In this document: positions 38,901 through 53,900 of the stretch, piece after piece
How the letters are laid out: each line of letters begins with the position of its first letter
Numbering within the stretch: position 1 is the stretch's first letter
Origin: Phoronis australis
Lineage: Eukaryota; Animalia; Phoronida
Reading direction: 5' to 3'
DNA length: 64,000 nucleotides
Assembly: GCA_002633005.1 (NCBI GenBank)
Contig: NMRA01000472.1
Span: 105,304-169,303, forward strand
Translations under genes and position numbers: made by a program
The notes under the pieces: model-generated
Database searches by the model: none
The model's input: the letters and a program-made list of their open reading frames with translations, nothing else
Told to the model about the DNA's origin: nothing

Positions 38901-41900
38901 TATGTGGGCGCATAAAAAGGTTACCTCACACGTTGGCGTTTGAACGCGTGATCGAAACTCTCTTATTACTGCAATAAAAACTAGCATGCCACAACATCGA
39001 AAAGTGGAAATAAAATATTTTACATATTAACCTACCCATCTCAAAGGGGTGAGAGGTAGGGCGATGCGGAAAATATTTTCAGGTTCCCTTCGTACTATTA
39101 TGCACAACCCGAGTTAGAACAGCCCCAGATCCGGAATTCAACTCTGTCTCTACTTTGCAAAGGTAGAAAAAATTGTAAGATTAATCTAGTTTTCAAAGGG
39201 CCGCTAATAATAACACATGCACAAGTGAACAACAAGTTATTGCACCGAACTGAGCTTTTCAATTTTTTTTTCACATCAGCATGTTGGCATAATAGACACG
39301 ATTAGCTGAACAATTTTGAATTGCAGGACAGCACAGTGCAACTGTCAGTCAAGCGCCTTAGTGATGTGTAACGGTGATGGTAAATAGAGCCGTCATATTG
39401 AGGAATGGATCGGTGAGCGGCTATGCAACCCAAATGAAGCCATGAACTTGTGACGAAACTGAAGTGACATTCCTGATAACTTCCTGTGATTTTTACACCA
39501 CTAGTGACGCAAATGCCTCACGATGAAAATGGACAGTGAGACCGTGTATGAAACTCTGCGGATCTACTCGCACAAACCTGGATGTGTTTGCTTTCTCTGA
39601 GAAGATGCGCAGCAGGAAGTCGCCCTCCTTGTTGGGGTCGAAGGTGGATGGGATGACAGCATAAGTGCCGGGTTCCAGGCGGTGGCGAGTGCAGACTTCG
39701 CGCGTGTTGATGAATGTTGACTTGCTGTGCGATGCATTGTACTTGAAGAAGTTGGTATCCAGATTGCCAGAATTGGAGTCGTCTTTTAGCTGAAAGAGGT
39801 TCAAACACTAGCTTAAGGAAAAACTGAACATGACGAGTGAACGTTTCAGGTTTCGAATTTGTAAAAAACATCAATCCCAGATAACCGCAATACATTTCAG
39901 TTTCAATTATTCTTCCCTTGTGCTTATTAACAATGCAACAAACTGTTTCTGCATTCACTTGTATTTAGCAAACACAAGCCCTTACCCAGTCAGTGCTCAG
40001 TTGTGACTCAGTCTTGTGTTAGTTAACTGAATCAATAAACATTATGTTGCATGCAAGGGTCAGGGGAACAACAAATAGAGTTGAAATATGTCAACAATAA
40101 CTGGGGATTTGTTTTTTTCAATGGAAGCAAAAAAACAAAATGTGAGAACTGTTGGTTTGGTCCATTCTCCTTTCTATCAGTACACAGAGAAACTGTTATT
40201 CAGATTAATTTTTGATTTACCCTCGAACAACGGGCATGTCACCCACCAAAGTTCCTTTTTAAAACAACACCCAAAGTCTTCACTTTGGAAGGCTTATAAC
40301 TGTTGTGCAAACAAAAACAAAAATCTGAGATGCACCTCCCTTGTAAGGAGTGCAAAATGTCTTGCGAACTGACCCACGCACTGAACAGAAATCAATGTTT
40401 AAAACTATTAAACGCGTCAAAAAACAAAATGCACACAATTGCAAAAAAAGATTAGCCAAGTAATTGAAATCAATACAAGTCATCTCAATCAACTCCCATA
40501 TTTGGTGCACGAATGCTGCGCTTAATAAAAAAATCTTGCGGGTAGCAATAGAAAATAAATATATGACATTACACAATATGTGAATATTCTTAAAAAATCC
40601 CAGAGCAGCCAACAGAACAAAACAGAACAGCACTTAATTTACCTTGTACACAGAGTAGCCAATAGTCAGCAAATCCAATCCCTCCTTTCTCTTCTTACGT
40701 CTTTCTTTCTGCATCAAACCAATGACAACAGTGCAAAGGTCATCGTCGTCGTCGTCATCAGGGTCGGTTACGGTGATGCGGAACTGAGGATTACTGGCAA
40801 AGGTTTCTGAAAATGAACAAGGCCAGCTACAGAATATTTACACCACAAGGTACAGCTCTAAAAGTTGCGAGCTACAAGAAACTTCCTTCATATATTGTCC
40901 TGCCTGGTCTTGTCTACAGTGTTAATAGAATTTAAGTTTCGGATGAACTATCAATCTCACAAAAAAGCTGCGTGAAGATAGACTGCGATGGCTTTCCAGT
41001 CAGCTAGAATCAAATCCACTCAAATTTAAGGACAGTAAAGTGCAGTCAGGTTCAAACTGCAGACTAGATGGCGATAATTTTGTCAAATTTGTCTAGCTTC
41101 ATTAGCATCGAAAACTGTAAATGAAATCAGACGCAAATTTGTTAAAAACCGTTCAAAAATTAGTTGAAAATTACCCAAGAAATTTGGCAAAACGAAGAAA
41201 GTTTCCCTTTGCAACATGAGTGATTAAGTGGTACCAAAAAGCCATAACTAAAGAAATGGTTGAACAGCCTCAGGAGGCGTTGACGGCTACTGCGGCTGAA
41301 CGCTTGGCTTGCTGTTTTAGTAACAGACTGTTTTGACAATTTTACAAACCAGTCAAAACCGATATTGACGGTTATGTTATACAGGTCACTTAATAAGTTT
41401 TGCCAACAACCACTCTGCTCCACCACTCATTCAAGAACCAGTGGCTGATAATTGCCAAGTAATGCAGTTAATCTGGACCCTAGCAGTAGACCTAGCCTAC
41501 TTCCTCATTTTCGTACATGTATTTATGAATTTGTATACTGGTCTAAAACTGAGAAAAGACTCCTCATATGTACGGAAGAAATTTTAGGGTCTATACCAGC
41601 CAAATCACGTATGTGAGGCGACCAAGTGCTCAACAACAGACAGACAAAACAGGTACATGGTCACCAAGACTACGAATACCAAATGGCGGAGATCTCATCA
41701 ACTTTTTTGAAAAAAGTAACAATAACAAAGAGGCGCCACCACGGACTACAATCAAAACAAAGTGGATAAAAAGACGAAGACACATACAAATAGCTGACAA
41801 GTATATTATTAAGTACTGTGTGCCAGTAAGAGAGTATGTTTTTCTATTTATCCATTTTATTCATTTATTGATAACTATTAAACGAATAGTGCATTTAATT

Positions 41901-44900
41901 TCCTCTGTTGCCATGAGATCAGTCTTAACTAGAGTCCATATAACTAAGAGAATGAACGTGGACTGAAAGAGAATGCAGAGTGGGAATGAGCACATTACTC
42001 ACACAATCCCTCCTTCATACTCTAAGGAAACTCTTCAATCTACAATTTAGTACGTCTACACCTCTTCAAAATGTCATTTCTTTCAACATTAGCCTCTTTT
42101 TATTTTCTACAGAATGATTCTAATCTTTTACAAGTTCAAATATACACAAGATATTGGCAACAGATAGTGCTCAAGAGTATTAATGAACGAGATTGACACA
42201 CAATTTCACGGAGATTTACAAAAAAACAAAATTAGTAGAAAGATAAAGTTGAAATATGTTACCGATGTAGTTACGACACCCGCCGGCACTGCAGCCTCTA
42301 ATCCATTGTCCGTCTTCCGCGTTCGTTGACCAAGTCTTTCTCTGTTGACTTTTGTCTTCATCTATCAGGACGTCTGGCCCCAAGTTACAGATCTCCATCT
42401 TTTGAAAATTTGAGGCAAAATCCTCAAATGACATCCTGCAGAAACACAGAATGCCATCAATTCAAACAGAAGTAAGGCTCTGTAGGCAAACATCGAAAAT
42501 GGCCAATTGAATTGAAATGAAACTTTCAGATGCTGTGCTTTGTATGAAACGTTGATAGGAATTGTTTTTAAACTGATCTACATTTTCAAATCAAAAATAG
42601 AAATTTTATTTATGATTTTATGAAGACCCAAAGATTGCAAGAAAATAGAACAAAACTACAATAATTTAGAGAACTAAAACATGTTACGTTAAGTTTCTGT
42701 TGAGCTTGTCTTTACAACGTTTAACCCTTGTGCTTCATCAAAATCTGTCTGTTTTCACTCCAGTCAACAGACACAAAATACTTCGTCAAAATATAAATTA
42801 GTAAACAACATTTCCAACTCTGTTAGGAAATCAACAGGATTCGGCACATCCTCATCTCAACTTCTTCATCAAGCTTTTGTTGTCCGAGTGGTTTTGACAA
42901 CAATCAACGAACATGCAACATCTTGCATAAGAGAGTAGATAACTTACAGAGTAGGTAGTTACTTTATGCACACACAGCACCAGAGTCTGAGATGAGCATA
43001 CGTATTTACAAGCAATGTCTTGTCAAAAACTACAACCTTCAACAAAGGGAGGACTAAGTGCTCATAAAAAGGGGAATGTTGGCAATTATTTCATGTTAAG
43101 TTGATGGGAATTTACCGCATTCACTGCTTAATTGTCAAACAAGTGACGCTTTCAAGGCATATTATGACAGATCTGTCAGGTCTACACTGCTTAATGAACA
43201 TAGTCTCAAACAAGAACTGACTTAATAAGTTCTTAACAAGCTCACACATGCGTACTAATTACTGCATGCAACAACAGAAAGTTACATATATAGCCAAGGA
43301 ACAGGCCAGAGCCATAATTGGTTCTAAATCTACTTCTATGCAAGACTGCATTCAACAGCGTGTCGGACAATGCGTTTGCTCAATGGAATGAATGTAGTAT
43401 ACTTTACGTAAAACGAAAAACGGTTGTTCGCACCTTTAATGAAGAAAGTGGCTTAAATCGAAGGTTACAGTACATTTTGGGTAGAAGACGGGTACGTAGC
43501 TGCTTTTAAGTTCCCCACAGTTTACATAAAGACACTTCTTTCCCAGAAGACTTTTGATGGACAGCTGCCTGTTTGCAGAACTTACCAGAATTCACCGTCA
43601 TCGTCAAAGGTCAGACCGAGTTCTTGTTTTTCAGCATCATCAGTCATGCTCCACTCACGAGACCTGCAATTGGATCAATGGATAAAATAACGTGCTCACA
43701 TTCAAAACTCAAAATTCGTTCACACCATGGCATAATCAAGGATTACGTTCAACAATTTTGCTATGCCATGTGACGCAAGACAAGACAGTACAGGAAGACA
43801 TCATCTCATTGCATCAGCAACCACTTGTTACTACAATGAATCTCGCATAATTTGGACATGCTTGAGTCAGATTTTTGCTCAACTCGGGACAACTTGGACA
43901 CAGCCTAAATCATGTCACCCGTTCTGATTGATATACGTCAATTTTATGCTTGGATATTCTTTTCAAAAACATGTCACAGAAGCCCGATTTTTTGTTCGAT
44001 TCTGATAGCTTCCTGTTTTGTCACAATTTTTTAAAGCAACTCAGTAACTAATGACTTTTAACCCATGCGCCTCGCCCCTGTATCACAATTACTAGGTGCG
44101 CATGGGAGTTTGTGATAATGTGAAAAAATCAAGAAAAATGAGACACATTTTTCTGTCAGATCCAATTCCCTCACAGGGTACCAAGACCTGCAACACATAG
44201 TGAGCACACTTACTTGTCTCCCCATGCCCCTTTCCATTCAGCCTCATTGCCCCATGGATTACGGACACGCACGAGTTCTACCGTTCGCCTACCACGGAGC
44301 AAATCAACTTTCTTTACATTCGTGATGCTGTACGCGTGACCCATAATGAGGCCATTGGGCAACTCTGCTTCTAGTTGATTTGGATTTGCCTGAAATGTGA
44401 CAAAATGCTGCCAAGTCATATAGGGGAATCTCTTGACAAAATAACTACTCTTTGTCCGTTTTGGAAATCGTAGTCAGAGGCGTGTTTCATGAAAAGTAAC
44501 CACAGACCGACATCAGAAAATTTGCATTATTCTCCCACTTTCCAATAAATGAAAAAGACATTTGCAATGTTATTCCTGGCCAAGTCATCTAGCTATAAAA
44601 TGGCTAATATTATATGACTGATTTTTGTCAGTTTGAAGCCTGCTTTGAACTAATCATTTTTCTCAACCAACTTGAGATTGGACAATAATTGTGGCAAGAA
44701 ATGAATGATGGAACTGTCAGACACCTAGCCACCTATCACAGACTAACAACCTTTTATCAAGTTTCTAATGTCGTAGCTGATTCTCAAACATTCTCACACC
44801 TTCGACCATAACAGCATTAACAATACAGTATACTTCTCGACAAAAACAAGCATATTTTTGTTTTCAGCTTACGTTGATTGAACACCCCATGAGCGATCTG

Positions 44901-47900
44901 CGTTCGCGAGCCTTCAACATGATCTGAAAGAGGTTTGGAGGCTTCTTGGCCAGGTCAAATGCCTCAGTCACACCACCGGTGAAATCTTCCATCGCTTCTG
45001 TTGTAGAACCGCCTTTCAGAGCCTCGTATGAGCCCATAAGTCTAGCAGAAAGAAAGACATTCAACACAAAAATTACGGTAAATTTCAAACGGAAACTCAG
45101 GCTTCCAATTAAATTGGGCATGTTCAAAGGACTGGGATTCTCATACATACCTAAGCCTCTATAAAATTAAATGTCAGCAGCTTCAACACTGGCTTCAAAT
45201 ACTACGTGTGTACTTATAATCATTTAATTAATTTAAGCATTCACAAAGCCTGAGATTCAAAGATGAGAACTTTAACAGACCACAGACTAAGTCACACTTC
45301 ATCTTAATAGTGTTGTCTCAGTCTTTCAATGCCTGGGTCATTCCACAGTATTTTTGTGTAATGGAGGGGACAATTCAATAGAATAGTTGTTTGTAATATA
45401 AAAAGCAACTTTAAAAGATTTTGTGAGGCATTCTTGCTGAAGTGTTGTACACTATGATAAGTTACAGAAAGATTCAGAAAAAAATAAAAGGTGCGTGCAC
45501 CCTTTTTCCTGATGTGCAATGGAGGGGACCTATAGAATTTCAAATTTCCGGAAAGGCAACATAATAACCCTTTTTGCATTTTAAGGTAAATCCAAAAAAG
45601 CTAACCCCACCTAGAGCAACGGAGGGGATATTTTTGTCACTTTGACAAATTTGGATATTTCACCATTAAAATTCACTTCCACTGTTTTTATAAGTGAGCA
45701 TAACCCTGAGAGTCATACATTTTATCATTAGAAGAGTTAAACAATGTGTAAATATTACATTTAAAGAACAAAAATGCTGAAATGTAATTGCCGTACACTG
45801 TACACAAACTGCACCAAATAGAATGACAAAAATGTACAAGGTCTCAACCAGGTCGCTTAAAGCATTAGAAGCATGATGGATCTGGTTGAGTTCCAAGCAT
45901 TTTTGTAGTTTTTCATATTTTCATGTCAGCTGTTGTAAGCATGGTGACTGTTTGGTTGGAATCTTATATACTTTGCATATGGGACATGTCACATAAATTA
46001 GTAAGATGATTTCCCTTGTGAGGGTGACTTTTTGGTTGGGATCTATATACTTCGCATATGGGACATGTCGCATAGATTAGCAAGTTCATTCCCCACGTGA
46101 GGGTGACTTTTTCAATTTCTTTTTCTACCAAAGGTTTCCTTGGTGTATTACAAGCTTTTAAAAGGGCTTATTTTGGCAATGTTTGAACTATATTGAAGTT
46201 TGTTGACCTTATTTCAAATCGTTTAAAATGAATTTTAATTAAAAAATAAATAATCTTTTGCATTTAAAACCTATGGAAAAGCTTAGTACAGATAGATAGC
46301 TTTTGCATAGAGGTTCTTGTTAAAATAGTCGATCTTAATTATGCTAATTATTGAAAACAGTGTCTTATTAGATCATGATGAGCTTCTAAAATAATGGATG
46401 TGATCTCATTTTTGTGAGTTACACTACTATATATTCATGATTAAGTTCTGATAACAACAGTCATTCTACTGTAGTCATCATCAGCATTACTAGTTTCACA
46501 TTTCTGCCATGCACTCACTTGGCGTACGCCTTCTCCAACAGAGCACTCCAGAACTCGTTCTTGGAATCAGAGTGCAAGAACACCAAATCGTTATTGTACG
46601 TTGGCAGACGATCGTCCACAACAACATCGACCCACTTGCCATATTGCCAGAAGTGGAACTTGAACATGCCACAATAGCCATTATTGGGGTCAAAGGTCTG
46701 CTCAGGCGGCACCACTTTGTAGAGCAGCGATTTGTCGAGCGAGAGTGAGGCTACAGCAGCAAGCAGCCAGCAGTCGCCTGTGAACATTGAAACAATGTTG
46801 AGTTCTTCTTTGCCAAAATTGCAAACATGGCACACAATCCTCAGCACGCAGTCATCCTGACGTACACCCTGACTGACATTTAGGAACTCTTGCTAGGATA
46901 CCCTGCTCAGCATTTGGGCCCCCTGCTCCACATTTGGGCACCCTGGTCAGCATTTGGGAGCCCTGTTCTGCATTTGGGAGCCCTATTCAGTATTTGGTTG
47001 TTCAGCACTTGGATGTCTTTTCAGCATCAGGATACTCACGTAAAGTAAGCATGTAAGTATCTGTTTCTTAAGCTTGTTAACAGCAATCAATTTACACTTG
47101 GGGTCAAAGAGACAGTTACGAACCATTGGTTACTGACACCCTGAGAAACTGGTGAAACCCATTTAAAAATGAAAGAGTGTACGAGGCCTGATGATGTATT
47201 TGCACACTCTACAATTTTTGAAATCCTGGATGAAGCGTACTCATGGCTGTTAGCAGCATAATCCCAAGGAAACCTCAGAACATTAGCACAAACTTTGTAC
47301 CATATGCCACGACCACTGAATAATCCATTTGAATCACTGAATCATACATGAGGACCACAACGGCACAGGTACAAACACAATACAATAACAACATGAATTC
47401 CAAATAGTTGAAACAAAAATACAACATCCAATTGTGAAACAAATGACAAAGGGTTGATTGCGCTAAGGTTCGTAAGCACACGTTTGTATGAAATTTTTAT
47501 GGTCTTGCAATTTTAACAAGAGCAACGCAGAGCGTTGAAATGCGCCCACAATTGCACCGTATACGGTATCCTTCTGGGTTTTTTTTATTGGTACCATAAA
47601 GTGGCCAGTAGAGGGCATATATGTAGTATGTTGTACTTTGCAAAATGGAAAGGCATGGTCATTGTCTCCTCAATAGGCTAGGGGCAAAATGTGAGCGATC
47701 TTCATAATACAAGCACATCCTATACATCAGTTGCTTGAAGCACCACAGAAACATAGAATTAAAAACAAATTTACCAACATATGAGATTAGCACAGAATTA
47801 GAATGCCAGAAACAAATTTCTACTTGGAACTTTTCCTTCATAGTCACGAAGTAACACAAAGTATACACCTGAAGACCTATGAAAATACAGAGGTCAATGT

Positions 47901-50900
47901 AAAATACTAAAATTGCCACTAGAGGCATACCGGTAGTCAGAATCATCCTAAAGTNCAAAGCCTGAGAGCTGAATACACAAACACAATTTTGAGTACACCC
48001 AAAATGGTTTGGGGTGTACCCAAGCCAGACTAGATGAAGTCAAGTCATGCAAGGCCATTCAGGTATACCCTAAACTTGACATGACTGTGAGCTCTTTCAC
48101 AAGGCTACCTGAAACCCTGCACAATTTATTTTTCTTATCAATTGTTCATTTCCATGATAAAAGTTCATTTGAAATAATAACATGTTATATAGACATATGC
48201 ATGTAGAACCAAGGGTCAAGGTATTTGCATTGGGCATGTAAGCAATTTTTTTGTTTATCTCTTTTATTTTGCGTGATCAATTTACGTTTTGTTATCGTGA
48301 TCTGTTCATCTACAAGCATTTGTTACACTCTCTTGCGGTATACATCCTCAAAACAAGACGCGTTCTATCTACAGGTATTTCTCTCTTACAAACGTTTGGC
48401 AATCCTACAAAACACAACAACACATACAGAATGAGATATGACAAATACTTTTTAGTCACATTTACACGAGACAACTGACACGGCACAGCTAACATGGATC
48501 AGCTGATTGGGTGCAAGTGTGTGTGTGTAACCACAACTGACACAGAGCAAGTGACACCGCAGCGGCCAGTTTAGACATCAGTTTGCAGAGCGAGTTGCAC
48601 TTGATCAGCGGCTCCAGTTACAACTGACAACTACACTTCTAAACACAACCGGGAAAGAGCAGAATGGAATCATCTTTCAATGTACTTGCGCAACAGCATA
48701 TACCCAGGTGCTCACTCACCTGGCATTCCACGTGTTTGGACATTCGCTATTGTTTGTGCGAGCATGCGCAGACAGTCTTCGTGTAAGTGACTCATGTTGA
48801 TCCAGTTAGCGATCTAATGTCGTGTAAATGCAACTAAAGTCAAGTAAGACGCACCGTGACAACTGATACGGTGACAACTGTCTCTTGTGTAAAAGCGGTT
48901 TTAGAGGAATGATAGGATGCCCTTGAGCAGCTGATCTGCGCGCTGACTATTACCTTCTATTAGTTTTCTGGTAAAAACTCACTGGCGATCACAAAGATAG
49001 TGAGTGGGCAGTGACTTCAAAACATAGCTGTTTAACTCACCTAAAAATCCTTGCTTAACATCAAATCGGCTAGCTCCACCCACAAAGAGTTGAGGATCAT
49101 CAACGAATTCCTAAAAATCAAAAATATCATTAAAGTTTTTAATATCTGTAGTAAATTCTGACAATAAAATATCAAACTGCAAAAGAAAGATGTCATGAGC
49201 GCAAAATTTGGAAATTTAAGTCAAAACGCAGTTACAAACCAAGTAACTCTATCTAGTGTTCAGGTACGGAACTAGCATGTTGCTAATTGTTGGACAAGCC
49301 AATCAATTACAGTGCATAAAATGACAAAACACCATTCCAAAAACTGGTTACAAGAGAGTGGTGTTTTGCTGGTGATTTGGGTTACCCAAAAATTGTTGGC
49401 GATTTCGCTAGTACATCTGTAGCCAAGCTGTTTCATACAGAACTTCATTTCAAAGGACACACATGCACTGGGGAAACAGGCCATATTGTTTATTGTTGTG
49501 TTTTAACCTATTTATGGCTGAATGAAGGTGTTCTTACATCAATTTTCATTTTATTAGCAACTCAGGGGTGGTGACTTAACAAATTTAAGTGCTGGCAAAA
49601 ATGACCACTTCATGGACACCCTGTTTGTCTGCCAAAAACTCCATAGTGTTTTTGTCACTGAAAAATTAGAAGCATTTTCACCACTCATGTGAACATTAGT
49701 CACACTGGAAATTTCAGGGCTTTGAAAGAGTATGGACTGCTCAAGCTCTACAAGTTGATCTGTCACAGCACATTATTTTTATGAGACAAGCAATTATGAA
49801 GTACTAGATTCACACGCACACACAGTGAAAATGTTAGCAGTTTCACTGACTAAAATGCTCAGCAAAAATGCTGGCATTTTAGTCACAAACAAAAGACCTG
49901 AGGTCATATTGGCCAGCACTTAAATTTGTTTCCTCACCACCAAAACCACCTTTAGGCGAAAATAAATGTCGGAACGAGTTCGCTCTCTTGTCATAAATTG
50001 CGAAAACTCCAGCAGTTTTGGGGTAAATCAAACTGCCGGCACAGCGCCAGGATTAGAGTGACATTTGTAATCACCCATGACAGGCGTTTTTGCTACTAGC
50101 GCAAGTGCTAGCAAAGGTTTTTAAGCCAGTTTTTGCAAGAGTTACTTAAGTGTCAACGAATAATGAACTGTCCGTTTGCTGCAAACACTGAAACTACTCC
50201 TAATCTAAGTAGAAGAGGAACTTGATACTATTTTAGGGCACAAGTGGTCTAAATCCTGAATCAAATGCACAAGATGTCTGGAAGCTCTAATTAAAAGTCT
50301 CGGATAAGAACTAGCAGTCTGCATGACAAACATCACGTAATGTCCATTGTCATTTCCACAAACATTTCCTTGACAACTGCAAATTGGATGTGAACATATC
50401 TTGATGAACAAATTTTTGCTGTGATTATGTTTTATATACTGCTCATCTGACAAAATTGTCACAATGGTGTGGACCAGTCCCTCACATTTGCAGATACGAT
50501 GTACATACATAACATATAGGTTTAAAACTTGGATGTTCCCAAACCAAATATAAACAGGAATGAAGAGATGATCAAGCTAAAATGGTGCTAGCAGCAGGAA
50601 GGATCACTTCAATAAGCTGCCAGACATGCCAGTCTGCATTTCATTGACCCAATGTTTGTCTTGACCAGACCCTTGATATCCACTGGTCAAATGGGAATGA
50701 ACTTGTGAACTGTGCAGCTACAGCCCATGTAGACAATGTAAACAGGATCCAGGGTCACTCATGCCAATCTGCTGTGTGATATTGACTGGATATTTTAATG
50801 AATTCAGGGCTCCAGATAACATTTCTGCTGCTTGCAGTAAAGTTCTCCTCATTTTTGCCATGGAGGAGTAACTGATGCATCCTAAGAATTTTATTATCAC

Positions 50901-53900
50901 TACCCTCAGCTTTCTGTTACAACAGGGATTCCTGGTTTACCACCAGCATCACACACACATAGTTTGTACACAGTAAATAACTGCACATTTTTGCTTAGAA
51001 GAAGAGGACGAAGTTGGAACTTCTTTGATTTGAATAGCACTAGTACACTGTTAGTCAGTGTTTTGTTGCATCTTAAGGGTGTATAATTGTAGTTTCTGAA
51101 ATATTTATGTTAAATGAATCATGTGTAAATTAAAATCAAAGTTAGGACCTTCTTATGTATAACACTGTACTCGCGACCTTTAATAAAGAAAGCCAGGCAA
51201 ACACAACACACAGAAAACGCAACTTAAGTGCATAGGTACCCTTTCAATACAGTGTCATGTGACAGGCATGCATGAATAATATGGCCAGGCTAATGTGTCA
51301 AACCCACTATCAGTTACACCAGGGTTATAAAGGTGAAGATGAACTAGGCCAGAATTATAGTTAGAGCACCAAAAGCACACCATTTAACATTTCTGCCTGA
51401 CAGCAGACTGAAATATGCTGGTGGTATGCTGGTATGACATGCATGGGGATTCTAATAACTTGGAACAAACCTAATTCACAAAACTGACATTACTATGTTT
51501 GAAAGTTGTCCAATTAAATACAAATAATAAAAAGTTCTGAGCTTATATTCAAAGTTTCCTTACCAAATGGTTTTTGATGGTATGGGTATTTCCAGTGCTC
51601 TTTTAAAATCTGTTTGGGGAAGGTAGTAACAAGGACTTCACGCTGTGGGCACTTTTCTCGGGAACAAATGGACAGGTTTGAATGTAGATTCCCAAAAATG
51701 TTGTCATTAATTTTGTCCATGTTGAGATCCATAAAGAGGACAGTTCCATGCATAAGTGGGGCAATAGTCTGATATAACGTTCCCATATTTTGAGAACCAG
51801 TTTAAGCCTGTTATTCAGTGAAAAAAACTGGTTCTCAACATTTGGGCATGTTAGTATATATGGTATATATATGCCTAAAAAGTTGAAGTTATTTAAGAGT
51901 GGCAAATTTATTGGTCTTTTCAAGAAGGGAAAGAAGTGGGGTTGGCTGATGGTTCACAAGAATATAATCATCGATTTCATAAATCAAATTGCCATTTTTT
52001 AAAGATCCATGACCACTACATATTTTTGTCCATTTCCCTGTTGTCAGCATCCTTGTTGCGATTTTGCGATTCACGGTGGTCTAAGAATAAAAAACTATGT
52101 TCACGGTGAGCTCCAAACACATGAATGACAGATATGAAAAAGAACAGTTTCAATACACAACAAAAATGTCATCCGGCATATCACCATGTTTCATCCATAG
52201 CCTCACATAAAAATACCATTGATGTGAATAAGCAGTACACTCTGATGCATGCCATAGACTGGTGTGTAAATCAAACTACAGGATACCTTGTATGTCAACC
52301 ATACTACAAAGCCACCCAAGGTAAACATGATTTACACACCTTACACCCACACACCCATGTAATAAATCACAAAATAATTACTCAACAAAAGATAAAGATG
52401 CTGATAATCAAATGCCAAAGTGTTATCTTTCTGACTTGAAGCTCAGAGATAGCACAAACTATCTGAATTGAAAAGAAAACATAATTCCTGAACAAAAAAA
52501 CAGACAATGATTCAAGCAAGTTTGAAGTTTGGATATTCCTGAAAAGACCAAAAAGAGAAAACCTCTGGTAACTTTTACCTTTAGAAGTGTTTATTTTCTG
52601 CAAATGCAAAATGTTAGGAGACAAAAATTTTATGCCTGTTATAAATGCCTGAAAATTGAGGGATGACCTGACAATGTCTTCAAATGGCTGTTGGAGGCAG
52701 ACACTTATGCAGCTTGACCACAACCCCATACCATTCTTTGATCACTAATACTTCCAACCTTTTACTGGCCATGCACAGAGCTGTGAATTTTCTGTTATGA
52801 AGCAATGTTGCAGGAGGAGATGTTACAGGGCTAGCCAATTATATCCAGATATAGCTCTTGGGGGAATACAGAATCCATTAGTATATGTTACTTAAAAAAA
52901 ACATTTCCCAGAACATTCATTCATTCTACTGCACATGCCAATGATTCACAAAGAGAATATAATGCCCACTACCCTGCAGTCAATTGTTAATAACACTATA
53001 CCATAGCCAGACTTATTATGGCACATCTAAATGCGTATATCAGTGAGCAATAATAATTATCCAAACCTGGCCTGCATGAAGAAAACAGAGCTTCATAACT
53101 TAACTCATTAGCAATGCCAGCCATACACCCAGCTAAAGTAGATATCCATGTATATAATTGTGCTGCAATAATTCAGCACCTTGATGTACATATTGGAAGT
53201 AAGAATTAAGTCCTCTTACATGCCATATGTTGGTCACATCATGTGACCCATAGTTAAGTCTTAGTTATTCTGCCAAAGCTGGTGCTGCATGGGGTGGATT
53301 ACTCACATGTTATCTTGAGTGGAAATAAAGTACAATGGAAGATGCCCAGCTTCTTCAACTTGTATTAGGCAAGGGGACTTGAAGTAAGGAGACTTCTCCA
53401 GACGTGTTTTTACTCGTAACTGTGACGAGATTGAATTTTGTTGTGATGAGTTTTGCTTAGGCTACTTGGATCGAGTTCGAAAATTTATGCAACATGTTTT
53501 AAGTATTCTTAAGTAAAATGTTTGGATATTTGGCACCAGTTCAATGTATTTGTTCCAAGACTTTTAACACACTAACTCTCCACAGTATGGACCTTTCGAA
53601 CACATACGTGAATTTTTACTTCCAGTAGAGTTTGACTTTGTTATTGGGAGAACGCAGAGCAAAATTATCTGTCTGCACAGCCAGGATCAATACAAGCTCA
53701 ACAGGGACTGTCTCTTGACCACCATCCACTACTGACCAATAATGCAGTGTTTCATTTTCGAGCAAAATTTTCCTATAGTGCACTTTTCATGAAAATTCAT
53801 GGATGCCAGAAAGCGCAAAAAACAGAGGATTAATTTATTCTTGGACCCTGAAATAGGTGTAGAGTGTTTTCTCAGTTCCTAGGTAGGTCAGGTTCAGAGA

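Noticed and set aside
53290-53345. GTGAGT donor in intron 1 as an alternative first coding exon
   Set aside because: An in-frame TAA lies just before the donor in the required phase and there is no calpain-like sequence.
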